From IMG/VR virus record IMGVR_UViG_3300045988_012512, positions 1 through 43,981 of that record: DNA of 43,981 bases; one strand, written 5' to 3'. This DNA comes from a virus (taxonomy: Duplodnaviria; Heunggongvirae; Uroviricota; Caudoviricetes). The notes beneath the pieces were generated by a model that did not search any database, had not been told where the DNA came from, and saw nothing but the letters and a program-made list of their open reading frames with translations. Below are positions 34,509-43,926 of the stretch, piece by piece. How positions within the stretch are numbered: the first letter of the stretch is position 1; each line of letters begins with the position of its first letter. The translations under genes and the position numbers were made by a program.

Positions 34509-34538
34509 TAGCCCATACCAAACGAGAGGAGAGACAAA

Positions 34539-34700
34539 ATGAAGTTCAGAGTAGACATGCAACCAACAGAAGAAATGTTAAAAGCCGGCATAGACCAACT
34601 GATATACTACATCCCTGGCATCGAGGATGAAGTCGATGAAGAGCAACTATCAGACGCCGTTTATTTTATCTGGCAAGCAATGATTCAAGCGTCAAAATAA
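34539..34700 (+). CDS. hypothetical small protein (53 aa)
   Basis: GAGAGGAGAG RBS before ATG 34539. Confidence 0.35.
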   Translation: MKFRVDMQPTEEMLKAGIDQLIYYIPGIEDEVDEEQLSDAVYFIWQAMIQASK

Positions 34701-34715
34701 ACAGGAGAACAAATA

Positions 34716-35237
34716 ATGTTAGAGAAATTCTTAGTATTACTGGAACGTTTCGTAGTTGCACATGAACTGATTGCTGCGAACAGTGTGAAACAACCGACTA
34801 ATAAATCTGTAGGTGAATTGACTGTTGACGTCGCGGTAACTGGGGTGGAGACAGTTAAAAAAGAACTGGCTAAAGCACTTGAAGAAGTCGAGAAGGCGAA
34901 AGAACTCCCAGTCGAAGGTGAAGACCTCGTTGACACTAAACCGGCGGAAGAAGAGAAGCCGAAACGCAAGCCGCGTAAAGCTAAAGTAGAGGAGCAGACG
35001 CCAGAACCGGAAGAAGAGAAGGAAGAAGTCAATTATCAGTCTCTGCGCGACCAGATTCAGGCTATCGACGATGCGATTAACGAAGGTCCGAGTGACACCG
35101 CGTGTGATGATTCCGATGAACTGCTGGAAGAGTTCACTGGTAAGAAGATGAAGATTGCTGCTATTAAAGACGAAGACCTCGCCGAGTACCTGGAACGCCT
35201 GACAGCAATCAAGAACAAGTATTTCGAAGAAGAATAA
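34716..35237 (+). CDS. highly acidic Glu/Asp-rich protein
   Basis: AGGAG RBS; long Glu/Asp/Lys-rich segments. Confidence 0.45.
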   Translation: MLEKFLVLLERFVVAHELIAANSVKQPTNKSVGELTVDVAVTGVETVKKELAKALEEVEKAKELPVEGEDLVDTKPAEEEKPKRKPRKAKVEEQTPEPEEEKEEVNYQSLRDQIQAIDDAINEGPSDTACDDSDELLEEFTGKKMKIAAIKDEDLAEYLERLTAIKNKYFEEE

Positions 35238-35243
35238 TCATCT

Positions 35244-35264
35244 GGCGGCCTTCGGGCCGCTTTA
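35244..35264 (+). terminator. intrinsic terminator
   Basis: GCGGCC-TTCG-GGCCGC followed by TTTAACT. Confidence 0.45.
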
Positions 35265-35280
35265 ACTGAGGGTCGGAATT

Positions 35281-35559
35281 ATGATTTACCAACTCTACCG
35301 CGCCTTTGACAGGCGGGATAACACGGAGGCGTTGTGGTTATTGCGTGCGCCGTCCGGTGCACACCAGATGGAAGAGATGGCGTACTTAGGAAAAGTGCCA
35401 CGGCCTAAAGATATAGGCCGCCACGTGTCGCAGATTAAGCGCACGACTTTCGCCAAACCTGACTTTTACGTCTTCGAGTCGATGTATGGCTGGGCCATGC
35501 ATTGCGACCATAAGACAAGACATTTAATTGACCAGTGGGAGAACAGGGTATGTTTGTAA
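35281..35559 (+). CDS. hypothetical protein
   Basis: 92-aa ORF. Confidence 0.4.
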   Translation: MIYQLYRAFDRRDNTEALWLLRAPSGAHQMEEMAYLGKVPRPKDIGRHVSQIKRTTFAKPDFYVFESMYGWAMHCDHKTRHLIDQWENRVCL

Positions 35560-35690
35560 TTATGTATTCAATCGGTGAGGAAGAGTACGAACACAGTAGA
35601 TACCTTACATCCGCAGAGGCTGAGAATATAATACACGAACTTGACGCTGACAGTTTTGACTACGCATGGATTGAGGAGATTACGGAATGA
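35550..35690 (+). CDS. hypothetical small acidic protein (46 aa)
   Basis: ATG 35550 with GGAGAACAGGG upstream; ATGA-coupled to the exonuclease gene. Confidence 0.3.
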   Translation: MFVIMYSIGEEEYEHSRYLTSAEAENIIHELDADSFDYAWIEEITE

Positions 35691-36928
35691 TTCTTAAAGA
35701 ACGTGGTGGCAATAACGATGTGCACGCAATACTGTCGCCGTCTGGCGCTAAAAAGTGGTTAAGTTGCGCGGCATCACTGGCATGTGAAAAAGATATTCCT
35801 AACACGTCCGGTAAAGACGCCGTATTAGGCACGGCTATGCACACGATAGCGGAGATGCACCTTAACCAGTACATCAAAGGCACTGCGCTGCCGTTAGAGC
35901 GTGAAGTCGGCGCTTACGTGATGGATGAGGGTAAAGGTCAGATTAAGGCGCTAATCAGTCCGATGAAAGGCGCGGTGCTTATTACGGCGGACATGATTGA
36001 GCAGGTGCGCAAGTACACCGACTACTGCAAAGCGATTATCGATGTAGCTACTTACGCCAAACTCGAGATGCGCGTCAATCTTACTGAGGTATTGCACCCC
36101 GGTTACGAAGGCGTTGAGACATTCGGAACCGCTGACCTTGTTGCCGTCCAGGAACTGGCGAACATCGACGAGCACATGCTTATCATCGGCGACCTGAAAA
36201 CTGGACGGCATCGTGTCGAAGCGAAAGAAAACAAGCAGCTTATGCTATACGCTCTCGGTGTTTATCGCCGACTAAAGAGACGTTATAACATCACAGTTGT
36301 TCGTCTGGTCATCTTCCAGCCGTACGCGGGTGGCGCGTCGGAGTGGGACATCTCGGTCGAAGGTCTGGAACTGTTCGCCAAGTTCGCACAGAAACGCGCA
36401 CTGTTGGCTCTTGATGCATATTTCCGCGGTAAGAAGAACCTGAAAGCGTCTGACTTCAAGCCGTCGGTCGATGGTTGTCAGTGGTGTCGGTTCTCTGAAC
36501 AATGCGCCGCGCGTACAAAGACGGTCAATTCTGTACTGGCGGAAGAACTGGAAGACGACTTTGCACTGGAACTGACGCCAGAGCAACTCGTAGCTGAGTA
36601 TGAGAAGCTGCCGTTGTTGCGCCAGCACATCGACAAGGTTGAGAAAGCTATGGTCGCCGCGTTGCATTCTGGTAAGAAAGTGCCGGGGTACAAATTGGTT
36701 GAGGGTCGTCCAGGTAATCGTGCGTGGAAAGATGCCGATGCGGTATTCGAGAAGTACGGTACTATGCTGCAAAAGGTAGTTCTGATGACACCAACCGAAG
36801 CGGTTAAAGTAATACCAGAAGAAGAACTGAAAGACTTCATTACCCGTAAGCCAGGAGCGCCATGCGTCGCAACGGCGGATGACAAGCGTCCTGAGTGGAA
36901 TCAGGTAACAGAGGAGGATTTGGAATGA
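35687..36928 (+). CDS. Cas4/RecB-like PD-(D/E)xK exonuclease with Cys cluster
   Basis: N-terminal LSPSGAKKWLSC, IGDLKTGRH core, C-terminal CQWCRFSEQC. Confidence 0.65.
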   Translation: MILKERGGNNDVHAILSPSGAKKWLSCAASLACEKDIPNTSGKDAVLGTAMHTIAEMHLNQYIKGTALPLEREVGAYVMDEGKGQIKALISPMKGAVLITADMIEQVRKYTDYCKAIIDVATYAKLEMRVNLTEVLHPGYEGVETFGTADLVAVQELANIDEHMLIIGDLKTGRHRVEAKENKQLMLYALGVYRRLKRRYNITVVRLVIFQPYAGGASEWDISVEGLELFAKFAQKRALLALDAYFRGKKNLKASDFKPSVDGCQWCRFSEQCAARTKTVNSVLAEELEDDFALELTPEQLVAEYEKLPLLRQHIDKVEKAMVAALHSGKKVPGYKLVEGRPGNRAWKDADAVFEKYGTMLQKVVLMTPTEAVKVIPEEELKDFITRKPGAPCVATADDKRPEWNQVTEEDLE

Positions 36929-37098
36929 TGGTTTATATTCTCACGCGGTATCACCGCCGATACTCTATTCAAGAACTTGATATTGTTTCTGTCCACGCTA
37001 AACGCGCCGACGCCGACAAAATTGCAGAAGAGAAGAACTCGAAGCATGAGGCGGTGCAGCCATATATTTATAAGGTGGTTCCGAAGAAACTTAAATAA
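36925..37098 (+). CDS. hypothetical small protein
   Basis: GGAGGA RBS before ATG 36925 (ORF track starts at 36895). Confidence 0.35.
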   Translation: MMVYILTRYHRRYSIQELDIVSVHAKRADADKIAEEKNSKHEAVQPYIYKVVPKKLK

Positions 37099-37102
37099 AG
37101 TG

Positions 37103-37131
37103 TTGACACCTGAATAGCAAGCTATTATAGT
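37103..37131 (+). promoter_or_regulatory. consensus sigma70 promoter (TTGACA-17-TATAGT) for SSB and polymerase genes
   Basis: Perfect -35 with canonical spacing. Confidence 0.6.
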
Positions 37132-37190
37132 TCTAATCACTGGCCGGGCAGCTTCCCGGAGTAAACGAAACTGAAAAGCGAGAAATCACG

Positions 37191-37823
37191 ATGGGTATTA
37201 AACTGAATCTGCGTAAAGTAAACACTGCTTGGGTTAACGTATTCGAACGCGAAAAAGACCGTGAAAACGATGATGGCTCAATCACTAAAGGCCAGTACAG
37301 CGCGACTATCATCCTTCCGTCTGACCATGCTCAAATCGACGCGCTCTACGACACCGTTTACGCTGTAGTTGAAGAAGCGTTAGGTGCAGCCGCCGCCGAG
37401 AAGTGGATGAAGTCCAACTACGGCGAAGGTAAGCACATGGATAAATGTGCGATTAAAGATATCGCTGAGCGCGACAATCCGTTTGAAGACTTCCCGGAAG
37501 GCTTCTACTTCAAAGCGAAGGCACAAAAACAGCCGCTGATTGTAACCTCTAAAAAAGGTGAGACTCAGGTAGAGCAGGACTTCAACGTAGACGGCGAACA
37601 GATTGAAGGTGAACAGGTTTACAGCGGCTGCGTAGCTAACGTAAGCGTTGAAATCTGGTTCAGCCAGAAATACAAAGTTCTCGGTGTTAACCTGCTGGCG
37701 ATTAAATACGTCGGCGAAGGTAAGGCGTTCGGTGGTTCTAAAGTCGCCGCAAGCGTCGACGACCTGGAAGACGACCTTGAGGATGATGGGCCAGCACCAC
37801 GCCGCGAACGTCGTCGCCGCTAA
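37191..37823 (+). CDS. single-stranded DNA-binding protein (T7 gp2.5-like)
   Basis: Block similarity to T7 gp2.5; acidic C-terminal DDLEDDLEDD. Confidence 0.55.
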   Translation: MGIKLNLRKVNTAWVNVFEREKDRENDDGSITKGQYSATIILPSDHAQIDALYDTVYAVVEEALGAAAAEKWMKSNYGEGKHMDKCAIKDIAERDNPFEDFPEGFYFKAKAQKQPLIVTSKKGETQVEQDFNVDGEQIEGEQVYSGCVANVSVEIWFSQKYKVLGVNLLAIKYVGEGKAFGGSKVAASVDDLEDDLEDDGPAPRRERRRR

Positions 37824-37842
37824 TATCTGAATAAATTTAACT

Positions 37843-37866
37843 AAGGCCCTTCATTGGGCCTTTTTA
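37843..37866 (+). terminator. intrinsic terminator (AGGCCC-TTCATT-GGGCCT then five T)
   Basis: Between SSB and DNA polymerase genes. Confidence 0.55.
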
Positions 37867-37882
37867 CTAAGGGTCGAAAATA

Positions 37883-40132
37883 ATGAGTTACCTGTTCTTA
37901 GACTTTGAAACATTCTCCGAAGCCGATTTGAAGAAAGTCGGCTCCTATGCTTACGCTGAGCACCCAACTACCGAAGTGCTTATCTGCACATACGCTTTTG
38001 ACAACGAGCCAGTGCAGATATGGGATTGCACCGACGGCAGCGACATGCCTGGCGATTTGCACCGCGCACTACGCCGCCTGGTTAAACCAAACAGTCGCAT
38101 TAAGATGGTGTGGCATAACGGTGGACTTTTCGACAGGCTCATCATGAAAAACTGCTGGGACTTTGATATTCCGGTAAGCAACACCATTGATACTATGATT
38201 TGGGCGTTTCGCCACGCGCTGCCGGGTTCGCTAGATGCGCTGTGCGAAGTGCTTGGCGTGTCCGCCGACAACGCGAAAGACAAACGCGGCAAGGCGCTTA
38301 TTCAGCGTTTCTCTAAACCGACACCGAAGAACTACAAAATCCGCCGATACACCGCCGAAACGCACCCGGATGAGTGGGCGCTGTTCATCAAGTACGCCGT
38401 GAGCGACATCACTGCGATGCGTGAAGTCTTCCATAAGCTGCCGCGTTGGGGTAACTCAGAGTTCGAAGACCGTGTACTGGAACTGGACCAGTTAATCAAT
38501 GACCGCGGGTTTAAGGTCGACGTTGCACTGGCGGAAGCCGCGATTGAAGCCGTGGAGAAGCACAAGGCGCAGTTACAGGAAGAAGCCCAACGTAAATACG
38601 GCGGGTCGCTTACCGGTAAAGACTTTCTGCCTATTCTGCGTGAACTCGCTCCTGCGCACAGAATCCACAACGCGCAGAAGTCGACGCTGAATGACCTGCT
38701 GGCTGATGATGATTTACCGGACGACGCTCGCGCGATTATCGAAATGCGCCTCGGGGCGGCGTCCACTGCGTCAACGAAATATAACCCGCTGCTGCTAGGA
38801 CGCTCGTCGGACGACCGCCGTCGTGGTTGTATCCAGTACGGAGGCGCTAAGCGTACATTACGGTTTGCGGGTAAAGGCTTCCAGCCACAGAACCTCGCAC
38901 GCGGGTACTATCACGACGACCCGAAGAATAAAAAGAAGAAAGTACGTTATGACTGGATGTCAGAGAAGGACTGGTGGAGAGTAACGCACCCATTGTCCTA
39001 CGGAATTGACCTGCTGTTTAAAGGCCGTGCGCATCGCCGTTTTGATGTGGCAAAACTGACAGCATCTACGGTGCGTAGCTGCATCATACCGGAAGCCGGG
39101 CATAAGTTTGTCGTAGCTGATTACTCTAACGTTGAAGGTCGCGGGTTGGCATGGCTGGCAGGAGAAGAAACCGCTCTCGATACCTTCCGTGCGGGATTGG
39201 ATATTTACTGTGTAACCGCGGGTAAGATGTTCGGCATGGACCCTGATTACATTCTCGAAAGCCGTAGTGACCTACGCCAGATAGGTAAAGCATGTGAATT
39301 GGGCCTTGGCTATGCTGGTGGTGTCGGTGCTTTCGTTCAGTTTGCTAAGAACCTCGGCTTAAACCTGGTCGATATGGCTAAAACAATGGACGGGACTTTC
39401 CCCGACCATATATGGGCCGCTACTGCACGCGGATACGAGTGGGCGCGTATTCAGGAAGCCAAGCGACCGCCACGCCCCGGTGAAAAAGATGACCGGCCAT
39501 CATATATTCTCGATAAGAAAGTGTGGCGCACATGTGATGCAATCAAGCGTATGTGGCGCGAGTCTCACCCTGAAACAGTAGCATTCTGGCGTGATATTGA
39601 AGACGCAGCTATGGCGGCTATCCGCAACCCAGGTAAAGAGTTCACTGCAGGTCCGCGGGGAGTTAAGTTTTCGCGTAACGTAGAAACAGATAACAACGGC
39701 AACAAAGTCGCTGGTTGGTGGTTGCGGATGACGTTGCCGTCGGGTCGCGTTATGTCATACCCCGGCGTCGGGTTAAGTGTATCGAAAGAGACAGACGAAG
39801 ACGGAAAGGTGTCTACTAACGTGCGCATCAAGTACCAGGGGGAAAACCAGTTAACCCGTCAGTGGGGCTTCCAGTACACCTACTCCGGTAAACTGGTGGA
39901 AAACTGCACTCAGGCGCTGTGCCGTGATTTGCTGGCTAACGCCCTGCTGAATGTAGAAGCAAACGGATATCCAATTGTGCTTCATGTTCACGATGAGATT
40001 ATCTGCGAGACCCCAGATTTACCAGAATACAATGTCGCAGAGCTTGGGCGGTTGATGTGCGAATTACCGGAATGGGCCGAAGGGTTCCCTCTTGTAGCGG
40101 AAGGTGCGGAGATGATGCGTTATGCCAAGTAA
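37883..40132 (+). CDS. family A DNA polymerase with 3'-5' exonuclease domain
   Basis: 749 aa; N-terminal exonuclease motif FLDFETFS; C-terminal VLHVHDEI polymerase motif. Confidence 0.85.
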   Translation: MSYLFLDFETFSEADLKKVGSYAYAEHPTTEVLICTYAFDNEPVQIWDCTDGSDMPGDLHRALRRLVKPNSRIKMVWHNGGLFDRLIMKNCWDFDIPVSNTIDTMIWAFRHALPGSLDALCEVLGVSADNAKDKRGKALIQRFSKPTPKNYKIRRYTAETHPDEWALFIKYAVSDITAMREVFHKLPRWGNSEFEDRVLELDQLINDRGFKVDVALAEAAIEAVEKHKAQLQEEAQRKYGGSLTGKDFLPILRELAPAHRIHNAQKSTLNDLLADDDLPDDARAIIEMRLGAASTASTKYNPLLLGRSSDDRRRGCIQYGGAKRTLRFAGKGFQPQNLARGYYHDDPKNKKKKVRYDWMSEKDWWRVTHPLSYGIDLLFKGRAHRRFDVAKLTASTVRSCIIPEAGHKFVVADYSNVEGRGLAWLAGEETALDTFRAGLDIYCVTAGKMFGMDPDYILESRSDLRQIGKACELGLGYAGGVGAFVQFAKNLGLNLVDMAKTMDGTFPDHIWAATARGYEWARIQEAKRPPRPGEKDDRPSYILDKKVWRTCDAIKRMWRESHPETVAFWRDIEDAAMAAIRNPGKEFTAGPRGVKFSRNVETDNNGNKVAGWWLRMTLPSGRVMSYPGVGLSVSKETDEDGKVSTNVRIKYQGENQLTRQWGFQYTYSGKLVENCTQALCRDLLANALLNVEANGYPIVLHVHDEIICETPDLPEYNVAELGRLMCELPEWAEGFPLVAEGAEMMRYAK

Positions 40133-40253
40133 ACTTATTATCGCGGTACTGGCGGGATTCGCCGCCGGTGTCTACTGTCACGAGGGCCAATACGGCATGA
40201 TGGTTGCCGTGTTGGGCATGTTCATCGCAATTTATCTGTGGGTGCTGGAATGA
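40122..40253 (+). CDS. micro-ORF encoding a two-helix membrane peptide (43 aa)
   Basis: MPSKLIIAVLAGFAAGVY...VAVLGMFIAIYLWVLE; overlaps the polymerase stop. Confidence 0.3.
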   Translation: MPSKLIIAVLAGFAAGVYCHEGQYGMMVAVLGMFIAIYLWVLE

Positions 40254-40339
40254 AAATTTACTGGTTCTACGAAGAAGACTGTCGAATCTGTCCGCGCTGC
40301 GGGATTGAACATACGAAACGTGAGGGGTGTGTATTATGA
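40250..40339 (+). CDS. micro-ORF encoding a Cys-rich peptide (29 aa)
   Basis: MKIYWFYEEDCRICPRCGIEH...; ATGA-coupled. Confidence 0.25.
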   Translation: MKIYWFYEEDCRICPRCGIEHTKREGCVL

Positions 40340-40413
40340 CAATGCTTACCACTATTATGATAATCGTAGCCGTGTTTTTAGGTGTTGCCGTTTTGAGTAA
40401 GGTAACGGACTGA
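40336..40413 (+). CDS. micro-ORF encoding a single-helix membrane peptide (25 aa)
   Basis: MTMLTTIMIIVAVFLGVAVLSKVTD; coupled on both sides. Confidence 0.25.
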   Translation: MTMLTTIMIIVAVFLGVAVLSKVTD

Positions 40414-40697
40414 TGACCCCGGAAGGCAAAATACAGAAATACGCGAAAGAGCGATTCGAGGCCCTCGGCGGCCTCGTTCGTAAACTTTCCTATGAGGGGC
40501 GCTCCGGCGCTCCCGACCTGCTGGTGATTCTCCCCGGCGGCATCGTCTGGTTCGTCGAGGTTAAGAAAGACGAAAACACGGAACCAGACCCACACCAGTT
40601 ACGAGAGCATGAGCGGATGCGTAAACGTGGCGCGAATGTTTTTGTCGTCGGATCGTTTAAACAGGTTGACGACCTAATAGCGAACTATTATAGTTAG
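40413..40697 (+). CDS. VRR-NUC domain nuclease
   Basis: GAPDLLVILPGG...VWFVEVKK PD-(D/E)xK core. Confidence 0.65.
   Translation: MTPEGKIQKYAKERFEALGGLVRKLSYEGRSGAPDLLVILPGGIVWFVEVKKDENTEPDPHQLREHERMRKRGANVFVVGSFKQVDDLIANYYS
40666..40694 (+). promoter_or_regulatory. sigma70-type promoter (TTGACG-17-TATAGT) inside the 3' end of the VRR-NUC gene
   Basis: Canonical spacing; -10 identical to the promoters at 34480 and 37103. Confidence 0.45.
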
Positions 40698-40727
40698 CCC
40701 TACACCAACAATATAAGGAATTGAGAA

Positions 40728-40919
40728 ATGAAACACGAATATGACCGCAAACCAGCACGTGACATCGTACCTGGTGACATGATTTTCAACGTTAAGACCC
40801 GTCGCCCTGTTGCCGTTGATACGGTGTTCGTCGAGTCGAATGGTAAACTGGTTATTGAAGACGTAACCGGTAACGTTACGGCGTTCGGGCGTAAAGAGTT
40901 AGTTCTGGTGGCAAAATGA
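40728..40919 (+). CDS. hypothetical protein
   Basis: 63-aa ORF; stop overlaps the helicase start. Confidence 0.4.
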   Translation: MKHEYDRKPARDIVPGDMIFNVKTRRPVAVDTVFVESNGKLVIEDVTGNVTAFGRKELVLVAK

Positions 40920-42340
40920 GTAAGTTTCAAAGGCGCGAATACCAGAAGCTCATGACTTCGTTCATGCTGCAACACCCGCGCTGTAATATCTGGTGCGGCA
41001 TGGGAGGAGGTAAAACCTCCTCCACTATGTGGGTGCTAAACCGCCTGTTCCGCAACGGGCAGCTTACCGAAGAGGACCGCGTGTTAATCCTCGCCCCGTT
41101 GCGCGTTGCGTCCGGTACGTGGCCTGCAGAACAAGAGAAATGGAACTTTCCTTGTCTGCGTGTCGTAGATGCGACCGGTTCAGAGAAGCGCCGCATCGCG
41201 GCGCTGGAGTCTGATGCTAACGTGGTGTGCACGAACTACGAAGTTATCGAATGGCTGATTGACTACTACGGCAAAGACGACTGGCCTTTTACGGTTATCG
41301 TTGCCGATGAAAGCACGAAGCTTAAATCATTCCGCAGCCGTTCGGGTGGTAGCAAGCGGGCAAAGGCGCTTAGTAAAGTGGCGTTCGGTAAGGTTAGGCG
41401 TTTCATCAACCTGACTGGTACGCCGTCACCAAACGGCCTTAAAGACTTGTGGGGTCAGAACTGGTTTATCGACGCGGGCGAGCGCCTTGGCTCATCATAC
41501 ACGGCATTCACCGACCGCTGGTTTAACTCGGTACAGAAAGGAAAATCTGCGATGGCTCGTGAATATCACGCACGACCGGGTGCGGATAATGAGATTCACC
41601 AGAAGATGAAAGACATCAGCTTGACCATCGACCCCGCCGAGTGGTTTGGTTGCGAAGCTCCTGTTATCGTACCGGTCGAAATAGACCTGCCGAAGAAAGC
41701 GCGTCAGGCGTACATAGACATGGAGGAGAAGCTATTCGCGGAACTGGAGAGCGGGGAGGTTGAAGCGGCTAACGCCGCGGCGAAGACGTCGAAGTGTTTG
41801 CAGATTGCATCCGGTGCCGTATATGTGTCGGGGTCAGACGGCGAAGCAACCAAAGAATGGGAGAAAGTGCACGACACGAAACTGGATGCGCTGGAGTCAA
41901 TTGTTGAGGAGTTACAGGGTGCACCGTTACTGGTGGCCTATCAGTTTAAGCACGAACTGGAGCGCATCCTTAAGCGATTCCCGCAGGCGCAGGCGTTTGC
42001 CAAAGGTGCGAAGGGTAATAAGCAGATGGAAGCGTGGAACCGAGGTGAAATCGAAATCATGTGCGTGCATCCTGCGTCAGCCGGGCATGGTTTGAATTTA
42101 CAGGACGGCGGGCATCATCTTGCGTTCATCTCACAAGGATGGAACCTTGAGCACTATTTGCAGGTCGTTGAGCGCATAGGCCCGGTACGCCAGAAGCAGG
42201 CAGGCCACGAGCGCCCGGTGTTCCTTTATCACATAGTCGCTAAAGACACGCTGGATGAGGTTGTTGCCGCGCGTACAGACGATAAGAAATCGGTACAGGA
42301 AGAATTGCTCAATTACATGAAGAGACGAGGTACGAAATGA
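40916..42340 (+). CDS. SNF2-family (DEAD-like) helicase/ATPase
   Basis: GMGGGKTS (motif I), LILAPLRV, VADEST (motif II), NLTGTPSPNG (motif III). Confidence 0.7.
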   Translation: MSKFQRREYQKLMTSFMLQHPRCNIWCGMGGGKTSSTMWVLNRLFRNGQLTEEDRVLILAPLRVASGTWPAEQEKWNFPCLRVVDATGSEKRRIAALESDANVVCTNYEVIEWLIDYYGKDDWPFTVIVADESTKLKSFRSRSGGSKRAKALSKVAFGKVRRFINLTGTPSPNGLKDLWGQNWFIDAGERLGSSYTAFTDRWFNSVQKGKSAMAREYHARPGADNEIHQKMKDISLTIDPAEWFGCEAPVIVPVEIDLPKKARQAYIDMEEKLFAELESGEVEAANAAAKTSKCLQIASGAVYVSGSDGEATKEWEKVHDTKLDALESIVEELQGAPLLVAYQFKHELERILKRFPQAQAFAKGAKGNKQMEAWNRGEIEIMCVHPASAGHGLNLQDGGHHLAFISQGWNLEHYLQVVERIGPVRQKQAGHERPVFLYHIVAKDTLDEVVAARTDDKKSVQEELLNYMKRRGTK

Positions 42341-42474
42341 ACATCATAGCCCCGATTCCGGCGTTGCAAAAACGTATCAAGGAACTCGAAGAAGAGGTTC
42401 TACGACTACGGCAGCAAAGGGACGCCGCTAATGCGCAACTGGCGTTTGTACTGGAGAAGTTGTCAGAAGAGTAG
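42337..42474 (+). CDS. small coiled-coil protein (45 aa)
   Basis: ATGA-coupled to the helicase gene. Confidence 0.3.
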   Translation: MNIIAPIPALQKRIKELEEEVLRLRQQRDAANAQLAFVLEKLSEE

Positions 42475-42478
42475 AGAA

Positions 42479-42498
42479 AAGGCCCCGTTTGGGGCCTT
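42479..42498. terminator. intrinsic terminator ending the late minus-strand operon (AAGGCCCC-GTTT-GGGGCCTT)
   Basis: GC stem; T-run on the minus-strand side, right after the tailspike stop. Confidence 0.7.
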
Positions 42499-42505
42499 AA
42501 GGCTA

Positions 42506-43926
42506 TTACACCTGATATACACCACTGTTTACATAGTTAGCCTGAATTCGTGTACGGAACGTAGAATCAGCAAGCTGATATGAATTTAACTGGACCAGAA
42601 TCGCGCATCCGGAATATTTACCTGTGGCACTATTCGCGGACTCGTTAGCCCCAAAAAGCAGGCCTATTGTTGAGTTAGATGTTTCAGTTACTCCAGTTAT
42701 GGCTGAAATCCATCCAAACACGCAACTGGTAAAATCAAATATCCCGGTCCTGTACCCCCCGCTACTGGACCAACCTAACCCATAGATTCGACAGTTGTTA
42801 AAGAAAATTCTGTTGTATGAAGCGGAAGTGCGAGCGACCGCGCCGTCGATGTAACCCATTGCCATATCCTGGTCAGACACTCTTATTAACATATCATTCC
42901 AGGCCCCTACATAAGGCACACAGTTAAAGCTATCAGATATAGAAATATCTTGCGGCACACCGTATGTGGTGAATTTAAAAGTTTGCACGTTATATCGCGG
43001 GTTGCTTGATGATACGGTGTTACCTAATCTTGCCAAATCGACGTTCTTAACGGTTAGTTTGTATTTACCGCGACCAACAATCGTTGATAGTTGGGATGCT
43101 GTCAGGCTTGAGTAATTCCGCCGGTTAGAAACCACGTTAGCCGAAAGTGAAGCGCCGTATGACCGTGTCCCTACAACCTTCACATTTTCAATATAATGAC
43201 TGTTAGGGAGAATCATATATTGTTCGTAGTTGCTTCCTGGGGACACCCCGAGGTCAAGAATACGCAAGTCGACAAGGCCAGATGCGTTAGTAAGGTCAAG
43301 AGATACATCCTTTATGACTACATCCGGGCTTGTAGCTATAAAATTACCGTTATATTTAGGTTCCAGGCTGCTGACGACAAAGTATCCTGTACATGTGGAC
43401 GGCAGCACCACGCGCAAACCCTCTACGCGCACCTCACCGTCCCACGACGACATATAATCTCGTTTAACAGAAAAGAACTCCATTACATCTTTGCCGTACA
43501 GGCCGAGGTGCTTGCAGTTAGTGGCAACCCACTCCCCCCATCCTTGCGCCGTGCAATGGTAGCGTACAGTTGTCTCATTCACGTAAATGTCGGAGTTACT
43601 GAAATGCCCACCTACCCCCGCCAGGTCGCAACGGTTTATGTGCACATTACGCGTCATATTCCCGTCATACCCACCCCACCCATTGATGTTTGCGCAATCC
43701 TCTACCACTACATCAGAACATTTCTCAGCAAGAATAAAATACGCGGCCTCATCCCTTCCCGCTGGTAACGATGGCGCTGTTCCACTAAGGTAGCCAACCG
43801 GTGACATATAGATTTTTGACGCCTTAACGCGCGAACACCCCTGTAAATTAATAGCCTGTCGTGCGCTCCCATTGTTACTGATAATTACGGTCATACCTTC
43901 AATTACGGTATTATTTCTCTCGCATA
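42506..43926 (-). CDS. tailspike / depolymerase-like protein, C-terminal part (in frame with 1033..1)
   Basis: Frame open from 43926 to stop at 42506; Ser/Thr/Asn/Gly-rich repetitive sequence; AT-richer than the N-terminal part. Confidence 0.65.

Noticed and set aside
36272-36885. Minus-strand ORFs of 166 and 135 aa opposite the Cas4-like nuclease gene
   Set aside because: Antisense to a gene with a recognisable nuclease core and Cys cluster; no RBS.
37951-40595. Minus-strand ORFs (113, 67, 144, 88 and 198 aa) opposite the DNA polymerase and VRR-NUC genes
   Set aside because: Antisense to strongly supported genes; the 198-aa ORF also crosses the micro-ORF cluster and a promoter without any motif support.
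40927-41232. 101-aa minus-strand ORF and 61-aa plus-strand ORF within the helicase gene
   Set aside because: Overlap the SNF2-like helicase, whose frame carries the Walker A motif; Arg-rich junk-like translation.
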